Assembly: GCA_965205505.1 (NCBI GenBank)
Contig: CBDBHB010000009.1
Location: 1,408,001-1,472,000, forward strand
Source: Acidobacteriota bacterium
Lineage (GTDB): Bacteria > Acidobacteriota > UBA890 > WLXD01
Direction of reading: 5' to 3'
Length of the DNA stretch: 64,000 bases
The notes beneath the pieces are model-generated. The model was given only the letters and a program-made list of their open reading frames with translations, made no database searches and had not been told where the DNA came from. Made by a program: the position numbers and the translations under genes. Of the stretch, positions 41,377 to 52,072 are shown in pieces; positions within the stretch are counted from its first letter, which is position 1; every line of letters begins with the position of its first letter.

Positions 41377-42231
41377 CTAACCGACGGTGCGCCCTTTCCC
41401 AAGGGCCGGCAGATGGATGTCTTTCGCCAAGCCGACCCATGACAGCACCTTGATGGCCCAGTAGGTGGGGTCGAGCTCGAAGCGCCGCAGGCCGTGAGCG
41501 GCCGAGCGCGGGAAGGCGTGATGGTTGTTGTGCCAGCCCTCGCCAAAGGCCAGCACCGATACCCACCACAGGTTGCGCGACTGCTCGCGTGTTTTGAAGT
41601 TCCTGTAACCCCAGGTGTGGCTGGCGGAGTTGACGAACCAGGTGGCGTGATAGGTGAATACGGTGCGTACGGCGATGCCCCAGATTACCCACGGCAAGCC
41701 ACCAGCGGCGTAGAGGAGGATGGCGAGAACAGCTTGCGGTACCCAGAAGTATTGCTCGAGGAGCCGCATACCCGGGTCGCGTTGCAGGTCTGGCGCATAG
41801 TCGGAGCGGTTGCGGCCGTATGGGTCCCGCACAACACACCAGAGCATGTGCGACCAGTCGAAACCGTGTCTCGGTGAGTGCGGGTCGAGCTCGGTGTCCG
41901 ACTCCTTGTGATGCAGGCGGTGCGTGCCGACCCAGCGGATGGGGCCACCCTGCCAGTTCAGACACCCGAGAGCGGTGAGAAAGTACTCGAAGGGCTTCGG
42001 TGTCTTGAAGCTGCGGTGGGTAAGCAATCGGTGGTAGCAAAGGCAGATGCCCAGTCCACCGGCGACCCACCATAAGAACACGGCGACTGCCAGCGCCCCC
42101 CAGGTGAAGTAGAAGGGTGCCGCCAAGCACGCTACGTGCAGAAGGCCGATGGCGATAAACGCCGTCCAATCGACGTCGAGCCAGTGGAAATGCGGCTTGT
42201 TCGCGGTCGTTTCGGTAGCATTGACACTCAT
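41377..42231 (-). CDS. Delta-9 type membrane fatty-acid desaturase
   Basis: His boxes HRLLTH, HRLHH, GEGWHNNHH. Confidence 0.93.
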   Translation of the reverse strand: MSVNATETTANKPHFHWLDVDWTAFIAIGLLHVACLAAPFYFTWGALAVAVFLWWVAGGLGICLCYHRLLTHRSFKTPKPFEYFLTALGCLNWQGGPIRWVGTHRLHHKESDTELDPHSPRHGFDWSHMLWCVVRDPYGRNRSDYAPDLQRDPGMRLLEQYFWVPQAVLAILLYAAGGLPWVIWGIAVRTVFTYHATWFVNSASHTWGYRNFKTREQSRNLWWVSVLAFGEGWHNNHHAFPRSAAHGLRRFELDPTYWAIKVLSWVGLAKDIHLPALGKGRTVG

Positions 42232-42375
42232 ATCATCAACAGCATAACTACCCGGCAGTCGCTGGTCAAAAACTGTTAATCTTGGAAGGAAGAGGCGTTG
42301 CAGCGTCTACGCACGCCCTGGCCCACGCCTGCGGCAGCGTCGTACGAGGAGCGCACCATCCCCAGGGAAAGCTGC

Positions 42376-43203
42376 GTGAAGAGAGGCTGGATCGGAAGGG
42401 CCTTGGCAGGCGGTGTAGTGCTGTTGATCTCCGCCATCGGTGCGTCGTCGTCGGTCAGTGCGCAGCGTCCGACACAGTCCCGCCAGCTCGACGAGATGCG
42501 CTCAGCGCTCGACGGCCGCTCGATACCGCGAAGCAGCAGCCTCGGTCCACACGAGTTCTATTTCACACGTGCCGTCTACGGTGGCAGGGGTCGCTCCTGG
42601 GGCCGCGGCTCGTGGGCGGTCGACTTTCCCAAGGCTGATCGGCAGTTCGTCTTTGGCCTGCGCCGTCTGACAGGGATCGACGTGTCCGAGAGCGAGAATC
42701 CGGTTCTGCTCACCGACCCGGAGCTCTTTCGGTTTCCGTTCCTGTATGCGCTCGAGGTCGGTTACATGAGCATGAGCGAGGAGGAGGTCACGGCGCTGAA
42801 GCGTTACCTGCTGGCGGGCGGCTTTCTGTTCATTGACGACTTCTGGGGTACCTGGGAGTGGCGCAACTTCGAGTACGAGATCTCTCGTGTCTTGCCGGAG
42901 TACCGCATCGTCGACCTGCCTCTGGAACATCCCGTTTTTCACACCTTCTACGACATCGACCAGATCCTGCAGGTTCCGAGCGTTCGCATCGTGCGCGGCG
43001 GTCCGACCTGGGAGCAGGACGGGTACGTGCCGTACGTGCGTGGCATCTTCGATGACGATGGCCGACTCTTGGTGATCATCAACTGGAACACTGACCTGGG
43101 CGACGCCTGGGAATGGGTCGATGATCCCTACTACCCGATCAAGTTCTCGAACTTCGCCTATCAGATGGCGGTGAACACGATCCTCTACGCCATGAGCCAT
43201 TGA
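42376..43203 (+). CDS. DUF4159 domain protein, exported
   Basis: W..DFP.AD, FPFLYA.EVG, YLLAGGFL.IDDFWG, N.DLGDAWE. Confidence 0.8.
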   Translation: MKRGWIGRALAGGVVLLISAIGASSSVSAQRPTQSRQLDEMRSALDGRSIPRSSSLGPHEFYFTRAVYGGRGRSWGRGSWAVDFPKADRQFVFGLRRLTGIDVSESENPVLLTDPELFRFPFLYALEVGYMSMSEEEVTALKRYLLAGGFLFIDDFWGTWEWRNFEYEISRVLPEYRIVDLPLEHPVFHTFYDIDQILQVPSVRIVRGGPTWEQDGYVPYVRGIFDDDGRLLVIINWNTDLGDAWEWVDDPYYPIKFSNFAYQMAVNTILYAMSH

Positions 43204-45509
43204 TGTCACCGGCCGTCGAGTCGCTATTCTCGTTCCTGTTCAAGTACAAGCCTTTCGTGTTCGAGAAAGGCCGGCTGCTGCTGTCGCCATCGTGGCCCGC
43301 GGTGCTCGTAGCGGTGGTGCTGATCGTGGCCGCTGTGCCCGCCATACGACGGTACGCGGACGTCGGCGGCAAGGCATCGAGTCGAGATCGCAAGTTGTTG
43401 GCTGCACTACGCGTGGCCGTGGTCGGGCTAGCGGTTCTGTGCCTGCTGCGGCCGTCGCTCGTGGTGGCCACTGCGGTGCCCCAGCAGAACTTCATCGGTG
43501 TGCTGATTGACGACTCGCGTAGCATGCGGATCGCCGACCTTGCGGGCCGGTCGCGGAGCGCTCAGCTGGCCGAATGGTTGAACGACGAAAGCCCCTTGCT
43601 CACGGCGTTGCGGGAGCGTTTCAAGCTACGTCTTTTCTCGTTTGCGGCCGGGTCGGCGCGGGTCGAGGGATTCGGTGAGCTGAGCTTTTCAGGCCATCGG
43701 ACCAACCTCGCCCGAGCCCTCGACCGTGCCCGGCAGGAGCTCTCGAGTGTGCCGTTGTCAGGGCTGGTGCTGATCACCGACGGCTCCGACAACGCCGAGA
43801 CGGGTCTCAGTGAGTCGATCAACGCTCTGCGTGACGCCACTATTCCGGTTTTCGCCGTCGGTGTTGGCAGCGAGGAGTTTTCACGCGATATCGAGGTGGT
43901 CCGGGTCGAGACCCCACGCGAGGTCCTGCGGGGATCTTCGGTTGGTGCGGATGTGGTTGTCCGCCAACGCGGATTCGATGGCGAGACCGTGCAGCTGTTC
44001 GTTGAAGATGACGGGCGCATTCTGTCGACGATAGACGTGGGACTGCCCCGTGCAGGTGAGAGCACCGTCGTGCGGACACGTTTCCTCGCCGAGGAGGCTG
44101 GCCCGCGCCTGCTCACGTTCCGCATCGCCGCTGCGGAAGGCGAGATGGTACAGCGCAACAATGAGCTACAAGCTCTGGTGACGGTGAGTGACGAGCAGGC
44201 GCGCATCCTCTACTTCGAGGGTGAGCCGCGGCACGAGGTGGCGTTCATTCGGCGTGCCCTGCACGAAGACCAGAACATCGCTCTGGCAGTGCTGGTGCGT
44301 TCGGCCGAAAACAAGTTCCAGAGCCTGATCGTCGACCCCGACGAACGCTTTGGTGGCGAGCAGGAGCTCTTCGGCGGCTTTCCGCGCACGCGCGAGCAGT
44401 TGTACCGCTACAGCGGCGTTATTCTCGGCAGCGTTGAGGCGGAGTTCTTCACCGCCGATCAGCTTCGCATGCTTTCTGACTTCGTATCGCAGCGCGGTGG
44501 CGGCCTGCTGGCGCTCGGAGGCCGGTATTCGTTCGCCAAGGGCGGCTACGCCGGCACCCCGGTAGCCGATGTATTACCGGTGGTCTTGCCGGCCGCCAGC
44601 GATCCCGCGCAGTTTGCCGAAGTCAAAATCACGCCTACGCTGTTCGGCCGCTCGCACCCCGCGGTGCAACTCGCAGACACCCTCGAGGAGAGCCAGCAGC
44701 GGTGGGAGACGTTGCCGCCGCTGCTGACCCTGAACCCGATCTCACGCACCAAGCCGGGTGCGGCCACTTTGTTGGAGGGAAGCTCCGAATCGTTGAGCGA
44801 CCCGCAAGTGGTGCTCGCCTACCAGCGCTACGGGGCCGGCAAGTCGATTGCGTTGACCGTAACAGACACCTGGCAGTGGCAGATGCACTACGAGATCCCG
44901 CTCGAGGACCAGACGCACGAGATGCTCTGGCAGCAGCTTCTGCGATGGCTCGTCAGCGACGTTCCCGGGCAGGTACGGGCCGACCTGGGGCTCGATCGTT
45001 TCGCCGTTGGGGAGACCGTTCAACTCAGCGCCGACGTGTTCGACGATACCTACCTCGCGGTCAACAACGCCCGGGTTGTCGCCACCATCACCGATCCGAC
45101 GGGTGCCGTCCGTCAGCTTCCGCTGCAATGGGACGTCGAGGTCGACGGCCGGTATCGAGGCACCTTCGCAGCGACTAACGAGGGCTATCACCGCGTAGAT
45201 GTTGAGGCGTTGCGCAACGGTGAGCTACTGGGCCACGACAGCATCATCGGCGAGGCGGCACAGCTGACCCGCGAGTTCTTCGGCGCCGAGATGAACCGAC
45301 CACTGCTCGAAAGGGTCGCCGACGAGACTGGTGGACACTTCTACACAGCTGCAACTATTGATGAGTTACCGGGCGATGTTGCCTTCGCCGCCGGCGGGAC
45401 AACTATCACCGAGGTGTTGGACCTGTGGGACATGCCGATCATCTTTCTGGCGTTCATCGCGCTGATCGGCACCGAGTGGTCGTTGCGGAAGCTGCGGAGG
45501 CTGGCTTGA
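43200..45509 (+). CDS. Membrane protein with vWA and glutamine-amidotransferase-like domains
   Basis: DDSRSM MIDAS, ITDG.DN, RGGGLLALGG, YG.GK, EWSLRKLRRLA end. Confidence 0.8.
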   Translation: MMSPAVESLFSFLFKYKPFVFEKGRLLLSPSWPAVLVAVVLIVAAVPAIRRYADVGGKASSRDRKLLAALRVAVVGLAVLCLLRPSLVVATAVPQQNFIGVLIDDSRSMRIADLAGRSRSAQLAEWLNDESPLLTALRERFKLRLFSFAAGSARVEGFGELSFSGHRTNLARALDRARQELSSVPLSGLVLITDGSDNAETGLSESINALRDATIPVFAVGVGSEEFSRDIEVVRVETPREVLRGSSVGADVVVRQRGFDGETVQLFVEDDGRILSTIDVGLPRAGESTVVRTRFLAEEAGPRLLTFRIAAAEGEMVQRNNELQALVTVSDEQARILYFEGEPRHEVAFIRRALHEDQNIALAVLVRSAENKFQSLIVDPDERFGGEQELFGGFPRTREQLYRYSGVILGSVEAEFFTADQLRMLSDFVSQRGGGLLALGGRYSFAKGGYAGTPVADVLPVVLPAASDPAQFAEVKITPTLFGRSHPAVQLADTLEESQQRWETLPPLLTLNPISRTKPGAATLLEGSSESLSDPQVVLAYQRYGAGKSIALTVTDTWQWQMHYEIPLEDQTHEMLWQQLLRWLVSDVPGQVRADLGLDRFAVGETVQLSADVFDDTYLAVNNARVVATITDPTGAVRQLPLQWDVEVDGRYRGTFAATNEGYHRVDVEALRNGELLGHDSIIGEAAQLTREFFGAEMNRPLLERVADETGGHFYTAATIDELPGDVAFAAGGTTITEVLDLWDMPIIFLAFIALIGTEWSLRKLRRLA

Positions 45510-46507
45510 GAGGCGCGGTGTCTGCGGTCGTCGTGATTGCCGCGGGTCTGTGGCCGGCCGCGGCAGCGGCGCAGGAAACCTGGCTGCTTGTTGTCAGCGG
45601 GGTTGGTGGGAACGCCAGCTATCGTCAGACGTTCGTAGATCGCTCGATCCAGCTGCTCGATGCCGCGCAGGAGCGCTTCGGCATTCCCGCCAGCCGCATT
45701 ACCTACCTGGCCGAGCGCACCGAGCTTACCGACGGACGGGCCGCGGCCCGATCTACACGCGAAGAGGTCGATGCCGCGATCACCGACATAGCGGCTCGGT
45801 GCGATGCCGGCGACCAGGTGCTGATCGTGCTGATCGGACACGGCAGCACGCAGGGCGAGGGTGGCCGCTTCGCGCTTCCCGGCCCCGACATGGGCCCCGC
45901 AGATTTCGCCCCGTTGCTTGGACGCCTGTCACAGCAGCGCGTCGGTTTCGTCAATACTGCGAGTGCCTCGGGCGGGTTCCTGGCGCTGGCGGCCCCTGGA
46001 CGGGTGGTGGTTGCGGCGACCCGGGCTCGCCAGCGTGAGGAACCGTTATTCGGTCAGTTCTTCGTCGAGGCGTTCAGCGCGGAGGGTGCCGATACCGACA
46101 AGGATCAAGGGGTCTCCCTGCTGGAGTCGTTCGTGTACGCGCGAACGGAGGTGGCCCGAGCGTACGATCTCGAGGGAACACTGCGCACCGAGAATGCGCT
46201 ACTCGACGACGACGGAGACGGGGAGGGAACCGAGACCCCGGAGGCAAACGACAGCGATGGCGTTCTGGCGCGCAGCTTCGTGCTCGGCGGGGTCCACGGA
46301 TCCGCTCGCCTGGCCGGGGCGGCCGACGATGCGGAGCTGCGCTTGATGCTGGAAAGGAGAGGCGAGCACCAGGCGGCATTCGATCGACTCCGGGCCGCCA
46401 AGGCCGAGCTGGCCGAGGACGACTACCTGACGCAGCTCGAGGAACTGCTGGTGAAGATCGCCGAGCTCGACACCGCGATCCGTGCTCGCAATGAGGCAGC
46501 CCAGTGA
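45425..46507 (+). CDS. Exported hypothetical protein with caspase/C13-like core (true start probably about 45506)
   Basis: Signal peptide; VLIGHGS; NTASASG; ADTDKDQGVSLLE; ALLDDDGDG. Confidence 0.6.
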   Translation: MGHADHLSGVHRADRHRVVVAEAAEAGLRGAVSAVVVIAAGLWPAAAAAQETWLLVVSGVGGNASYRQTFVDRSIQLLDAAQERFGIPASRITYLAERTELTDGRAAARSTREEVDAAITDIAARCDAGDQVLIVLIGHGSTQGEGGRFALPGPDMGPADFAPLLGRLSQQRVGFVNTASASGGFLALAAPGRVVVAATRARQREEPLFGQFFVEAFSAEGADTDKDQGVSLLESFVYARTEVARAYDLEGTLRTENALLDDDGDGEGTETPEANDSDGVLARSFVLGGVHGSARLAGAADDAELRLMLERRGEHQAAFDRLRAAKAELAEDDYLTQLEELLVKIAELDTAIRARNEAAQ

Positions 46508-49137
46508 AACGGCTCGTCGGGATGCTCCTTTGCCTTTGCCTTGTCGGCGCCACCAGTGCGCCGCCGGCGCAGGACGATGCGGCGCTGACTGCGTTTCGTA
46601 GCGGGCACTACGACGAGGCGATCGCGGTGTGGCAAGCGGCGCTCGACGGCGGCAGCGCCACGGTCGCTCAGGTAAGGAATCTGGTGGAAGCTCTTCGTGC
46701 CACCGGACGGTCTGATCGTGCGGCTGCGGCGGCTCGTGCCGTCTCCGAGGACGGTAACGCCGTCGCGATTGCCAACCGCTGGGGCGAGCTCCTCTACGAG
46801 CGCGGCCAGATCGAGGCGGCGCGTGCGCGGTTCCAGCTCGCCATCGACGAGCGTGCCCCCGATGCGCTCGTTGCCGAGCTCAACCTTGCCGTTCTCGAGT
46901 TCGAGAGTGGTGATCGGGATTCAGCCACAAAGCGTTTCGATCGGTTCGTCGACGTCTACAACTCGAGCGGCACGCTCAACGCCGAGGAGCTAGCGGCCGT
47001 GGGCGTCGCCTGCTCCTATCTCGGCCGCGAAAACCCTTCGCTGTTTCACGACGCGGTGCGGGCGTTCGAAGAGGCGATCGCCGCCGACCCTGAGGGTCCC
47101 GAGCCACGACTACGCTTGGCGGAGCTTTTCCTGGCGAAGTACGACGGTGCCGAAGCTGGTGTGTTGATCGAGGAGCTCCTCCGCCTCAATCCGAGCCACG
47201 CCGGCGCTCACCTTGCCGAGGCACGGCGCCTGCACTTCAACGGCTCGTCGGAGGCGATGGTACGGGTCGATCGGGCGCTCGAGCTCAACCCCGAGCTCAT
47301 TCCGGCGCGCGTGCTGCGCGCGCGACTCCTGTTGGCAGCTGAGTCGCACACGGTCGCCGAAGCGGAGATTGATCGAGCGCTGAAGTCCAACCCGGACTCC
47401 CTCGAGGTGCTTACGCTGAAGGCGGCGCTTCATTTCCTGCGCGGCGAGCAGCGCAGCTTCGACGAAGCTGCCGCCCGCGCCTTGTCGCGAGACCCCAACT
47501 ACGGCCAGCTGTTTGCGGTCGTCGCCGAGCTTGCCGTTCAGAACCGGTTGTATGCACAGGCAGTGGATCTGGCGCGCCGGGCGACGGAAATCGATCCGAG
47601 CTTGTGGGCGGCGCACGGAACCCTGGGTATCAACCTGATGCGCATCGGTCGTATCGACGAAGCGCGGGCCAGGCTCGAGCGGGCGTTCCAGGGCGACCCG
47701 TTCAACGTGTGGATAAAGAACACCCTCGATCTTCTCGACACGTTCCCCGACTACCGAATTGTGGAGACCGACCGCTTCCGGCTGATGATTGGTCACGAGC
47801 GCGCAGATCTCATGTCGTTGTACATGGGTCCGCTGGCGGAGGAGGCGTACGAGGCGCTGAGCGCCAAGTACAGATACCACTCCGAGGAGCCGGTACGGAT
47901 CGAGGTCTATGACCGGCACGCCGACTTCTCCGTTCGCACACTGGGGTTGGCGGGCCTCGGTGCCCTCGGGGTGGCCTTCGGTCCGGTGGTTGCGGTTGAT
48001 GCCCCGGTGACGCCCGGCATGGGTCTGTTCAATTGGGGCTCGACGCTTTGGCACGAGATCGCCCACGTTGTCACGCTGGGAGTGACCGATTCCCGTGTCC
48101 CCCGATGGTTGAGCGAGGGACTCTCCGTCTACGAGGAGCGACGCGCCCGTGAGGCCTGGGGTGACGATGCAACGCCGGGGTTCCTGCTGGCGTTGCTGCG
48201 CGGCCAGTTGCTGCCAGTGAGCCAAATCAACGAGGGCTTCGCCCGCCCTCGCTACCCGGAGCATCTGGGCCATTCCTATCTGCAGGCATCGCTGGTGTGC
48301 GAGCTGATCGAAGAGGACTGGGGGTTCGATGCGATCCTGGCGCTGCTCGATGCCTATCGCGATGGGAGGACGGGCGCCGAGGCAATCCGCGTTGGACTCG
48401 GTATCGAACCAGAGGAGTTGGACGCGCGGTTCGACGCGTATCTACGGGCCCGTTATGCGGGTCCCTTGCACGGGCTCGAGGCTGCCGCGAAGCGGCCGCC
48501 CGCGCAACCACGCCAACGTGCGGAATCGGAAGATCTCAAAGCCTTAGCCGATGCTGATAGCAGCGACTTCATTGCCCACCTCTCCGTCGGCGCGGCGCTG
48601 GCGGACCAAGGGAGCGATGAAGCGATCGAATACCTCGAACGCGCCAAGCGACTCTTTCCCGGTTATGCCGGCCCCGACAGCGCGTACGTGCATCTTGCAA
48701 AGATCCATGAGGCTCGGGGCGACGTTGCGGCCGCGGCGGCCGAGCTTCGAACGCTGCTGTCGCTCAACGAATCCCTGCTGCCGGCCTATCTGAAAAGCGC
48801 CGAGTTACTCGAGCAGTTGGGACGCACATCCGAGGCGGCCGATTTCTTACAGCGATCAATGTTCATCGATCCGTGGGACATTTCTCGCCACGAGCAGTTG
48901 GCCCTGATACGCGAGAATCTGGAACAATGGAGCGACGCGGTGCGCGAGCGCGCGGCGGTCGTCGCGCTCGCACCGGTCGACCGAGCGTCGGCGCTGTATC
49001 GCCTGGCATATGCACATGATCGGCACGGTGACGCCCGTGCCGCTCGTCGCGCGGTGATCGCGGCGCTGGAGATCGCGCCCGGCTACCAGGACGCCCAGGA
49101 GTTGCTGCTGGCGATACGCGCTCGGGAGGGAACATGA
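46504..49137 (+). CDS. TPR protein with zincin (peptidase MA-like) domain
   Basis: Signal peptide, many TPRs, HEIAH..PRWLSEG. Confidence 0.82.
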   Translation: MKRLVGMLLCLCLVGATSAPPAQDDAALTAFRSGHYDEAIAVWQAALDGGSATVAQVRNLVEALRATGRSDRAAAAARAVSEDGNAVAIANRWGELLYERGQIEAARARFQLAIDERAPDALVAELNLAVLEFESGDRDSATKRFDRFVDVYNSSGTLNAEELAAVGVACSYLGRENPSLFHDAVRAFEEAIAADPEGPEPRLRLAELFLAKYDGAEAGVLIEELLRLNPSHAGAHLAEARRLHFNGSSEAMVRVDRALELNPELIPARVLRARLLLAAESHTVAEAEIDRALKSNPDSLEVLTLKAALHFLRGEQRSFDEAAARALSRDPNYGQLFAVVAELAVQNRLYAQAVDLARRATEIDPSLWAAHGTLGINLMRIGRIDEARARLERAFQGDPFNVWIKNTLDLLDTFPDYRIVETDRFRLMIGHERADLMSLYMGPLAEEAYEALSAKYRYHSEEPVRIEVYDRHADFSVRTLGLAGLGALGVAFGPVVAVDAPVTPGMGLFNWGSTLWHEIAHVVTLGVTDSRVPRWLSEGLSVYEERRAREAWGDDATPGFLLALLRGQLLPVSQINEGFARPRYPEHLGHSYLQASLVCELIEEDWGFDAILALLDAYRDGRTGAEAIRVGLGIEPEELDARFDAYLRARYAGPLHGLEAAAKRPPAQPRQRAESEDLKALADADSSDFIAHLSVGAALADQGSDEAIEYLERAKRLFPGYAGPDSAYVHLAKIHEARGDVAAAAAELRTLLSLNESLLPAYLKSAELLEQLGRTSEAADFLQRSMFIDPWDISRHEQLALIRENLEQWSDAVRERAAVVALAPVDRASALYRLAYAHDRHGDARAARRAVIAALEIAPGYQDAQELLLAIRAREGT

Positions 49138-49958
49138 GGCCTGTGCGAGCTCGAAGGCTCATGGGCACGATGGTCGCCACGGCCATCGTCTGCCTGCTCG
49201 TATCCGGTGCCATCGCCGCCTCGATCGGCCAATGGGGTCGCCGGGGAAACACCGGGCCCGCGCCGGAGGTTGACTACGAGAACGCCGAGTACGACGGTCG
49301 GTTCAGCTTTGTGCGGGTGAAGTTCAACCCATCGCAGTGGCGTCCGGGCCGTTACGAGTGGGGTTTGGATCTGAAGTGGAACCACGATTATCCGCGTGCC
49401 GACCGGCGCTTGGCGGAGATCCTCGACTTGGTCTCCGGCATGGCCGCCAATCAGGACAACAGCAACATCGTTGGCCTGGATGAGCCCGAGCTGTTTCGCT
49501 ATCCCTGGGCGTATATGTGCGAGGTGGGCTTTCTGACGCTTACCGACGCAGAGGCTCAGAACCTGCGCAGCTATCTGCTCAAGGGTGGCTTCGTGGTGGT
49601 CGACGACTTCGTCGGTTACCACTGGTACAACTTCGAGGACGAGATGCGGAAGGTGATTCCCGGGGGACGCTTTATCGCGCTCGACGCGAGCCACCCCGTC
49701 TTTCACGCCTTCTTCGACATCGACGATCTATTCTTCGGCGGCGGACAGTACCGCGGCTACCAGGGAGGCGGCATCCCCCAGTACTTCGGCCTGTTCGAGG
49801 ACAACGACCCCGACAAGCGGCTCATGATGATTGTCAACTATGACAACGACATCGGTGAGTACTGGGAGTTTGCCGGAAGCCCTTACGTCGAGATCGACCT
49901 GACGAACGACGCTTTCAAGCTGGGCGTTAACTACGTCATGTACTCAATGCTGCACTGA
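49134..49958 (+). CDS. DUF4159 domain protein 2
   Basis: W.HDYPRAD, YPWAYMCEVG, YLLKGGFVVVDDF, DIGEYWE. Confidence 0.8.
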   Translation: MRPVRARRLMGTMVATAIVCLLVSGAIAASIGQWGRRGNTGPAPEVDYENAEYDGRFSFVRVKFNPSQWRPGRYEWGLDLKWNHDYPRADRRLAEILDLVSGMAANQDNSNIVGLDEPELFRYPWAYMCEVGFLTLTDAEAQNLRSYLLKGGFVVVDDFVGYHWYNFEDEMRKVIPGGRFIALDASHPVFHAFFDIDDLFFGGGQYRGYQGGGIPQYFGLFEDNDPDKRLMMIVNYDNDIGEYWEFAGSPYVEIDLTNDAFKLGVNYVMYSMLH

Positions 49959-49972
49959 GAACGGGAAAGTTC

Positions 49973-51097
49973 ATGAGCGAACCTGACGAAAGGGTGGAAT
50001 CCACGGCACCTGTCGACGACGGGGAGACCCACGGCGAGCCGGCATCGGGGGGTGGCGAGCAGGCATCGGGGGGCGACGACTTGACGGACGAGCTCGCGGC
50101 GGCAGACGACATTGCCCTGGCCGACCGCCTGCGGGAGACGCGCTTGCAGGTGCTCGGCGAGCTGCGCAAGGTAATCATCGGGCAGGACGCCGTGGTCGAG
50201 CAGGTGCTGATGTCGCTGCTGGTGGGCGGCAACAGCATCATTACCGGTGTTCCCGGGCTCGCCAAGACGTTGCTGGTGCAGACAATCGCCCAGGTGCTGG
50301 ACCTGAAGTTCTCGCGCATCCAGTTCACCCCGGATCTGATGCCCTCCGACATCACCGGCACGGACCTGGTTCAGGAGGACCCCGAGACCGGGCGACGTAA
50401 GCTGGTGTTCGCTCCCGGCCCCATCTTCGCCAACATCGTTCTCGCCGACGAGATTAACCGCACGCCTCCCAAGACGCAGGCGGCGCTGCTGGAGGCGATG
50501 CAGGAGCACCGCGTCACCGTTCAAGGGACGACCTACCAGCTCGAGGAGCCGTTCTTCGTCTTCGCCACCCAGAACCCGATCGAGCTGGAGGGCACCTACC
50601 CGTTGCCTGAGGCGCAGCTCGACCGTTTCATGTTCGACATCATCATCGAGCATCTTCCGCTCGACGAGGAGCTGGAGGTGGTGCGGTCGACTACTTCCGA
50701 GCAGAACGTCGAGCTCGAGGCCGTGGTCAGCGGTGCCGAGATCATCGCCTTCCAGCAGCTCGTGCGGCGCGTGCCGGTTGCCGAGTCTGTCATGCGATAC
50801 GCCGTCGATCTGGTTCGCACCAGTCGTCCCTCGGAGGACGGACCCGAGTTCGTGCGCCAATGGGTCGACTACGGAGCCAGCGTACGAGCCGCCCAGTATC
50901 TGATCTTGGGAGGTAAGGCGCGGGCGCTGATGGAGGGCCGCTACGCGGTGGACTTTGACGACATCCGCGCTCTCGCCAAACCGGTGTTGCGCCACCGTCT
51001 TCTGACCAACTTCCACGCCGAGTCGGAGCGCGTTGGAGCGGGTGACATCGTCGAGCAGCTACTCGAGGCCGTGGCGGTTCCCGGCTCGAGCATGTAG
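49973..51097 (+). CDS. moxR: MoxR-family AAA+ ATPase
   Basis: GVPGLAKT, RIQFTPDLMPSD, LADEINR, ATQNPIE.EGTYPLPEAQLDRF. Confidence 0.95.
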   Translation: MSEPDERVESTAPVDDGETHGEPASGGGEQASGGDDLTDELAAADDIALADRLRETRLQVLGELRKVIIGQDAVVEQVLMSLLVGGNSIITGVPGLAKTLLVQTIAQVLDLKFSRIQFTPDLMPSDITGTDLVQEDPETGRRKLVFAPGPIFANIVLADEINRTPPKTQAALLEAMQEHRVTVQGTTYQLEEPFFVFATQNPIELEGTYPLPEAQLDRFMFDIIIEHLPLDEELEVVRSTTSEQNVELEAVVSGAEIIAFQQLVRRVPVAESVMRYAVDLVRTSRPSEDGPEFVRQWVDYGASVRAAQYLILGGKARALMEGRYAVDFDDIRALAKPVLRHRLLTNFHAESERVGAGDIVEQLLEAVAVPGSSM

Positions 51098-51151
51098 CCG
51101 GCTGATCGAGGCAGGGAGAGATGGTGCTCGATATTCTGCACAGGGGGCGTC

Positions 51152-52072
51152 GTGGCGAACGACACACGTAGTCACGCTCGGCCGGGTTCGAGCTTCATCG
51201 ATCCGCTGGTGCTGGGTCGCATCGACAACCTTGCCCTGCTGGCGCGGACGGTCGTCGAGGGTTTCATTGGTGGGCTACACCGCTCGCCCTACCGCGGGCT
51301 CTCGGTGGATTTCGCCGAACATCGCCCGTATATGCCAGGCGACGACATCCGCATGATCGACTGGCGTGTTTTTGGTCGCACGGATCGCTTCTACATCAAG
51401 CAGTTCGAGGCGGATTCGAACGCCAACTTCACGGTGTTGCTCGACGTGTCGCGCTCTATGGGCTTCGCGCAGTCGGGACTCAGCAAGCTCGACTACGCGC
51501 GCTACCTGGCCGCCTGCCTTCTGTACTTCGCCCGCAAGCAGCGAGACCGTGTTGGTTTTCTGAGCTTCAACGACGATGTCGTGGACTACATTCCGCCGGC
51601 CGCCAAACACCTGGACCTGATCATGCACACCATCGACGGGCTCCAGCCCGGCGGCGCCAGCGCGCTCGAAAAGCCGCTGTGGAAGCTCGCCGAGACGGCG
51701 CGACGGCGCGGCATAATGGTGCTGATCTCGGACCTCTACGAAGACCCGACGACAGTGCTCGAGAGCATTCAGCGCCTGGGCTACAAGGGCAACGACATGC
51801 TCGTCTTCCACGTGCTCGACCGCGCTGAGATCGAATTCCCGTTCGAGGAGTCGGCTAATTACGTCGATATGGAGTCCGGTGAGAGCTTGCCAGTTGTCCC
51901 GGATCGCCTGCGCGAGCGGTACCGGGAGCTGGTAGCGGAGCATATCGCGGCGCTGCGAAGCAACCTCGGTCAGCGCCGCATCGACTACGCCCTGTTCGAT
52001 ACCAGCCAGCCTCTCGACCACGCGCTGTTCAGCTATCTGTCGATGCGGCATCAGCTCACGCGGACTCGCTGA
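51152..52072 (+). CDS. DUF58 domain protein
   Basis: G.HRSP..G.SVDFAEHR.Y.PGDD.R.IDW; DVSRSM; LISD. Confidence 0.92.
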   Translation: MANDTRSHARPGSSFIDPLVLGRIDNLALLARTVVEGFIGGLHRSPYRGLSVDFAEHRPYMPGDDIRMIDWRVFGRTDRFYIKQFEADSNANFTVLLDVSRSMGFAQSGLSKLDYARYLAACLLYFARKQRDRVGFLSFNDDVVDYIPPAAKHLDLIMHTIDGLQPGGASALEKPLWKLAETARRRGIMVLISDLYEDPTTVLESIQRLGYKGNDMLVFHVLDRAEIEFPFEESANYVDMESGESLPVVPDRLRERYRELVAEHIAALRSNLGQRRIDYALFDTSQPLDHALFSYLSMRHQLTRTR

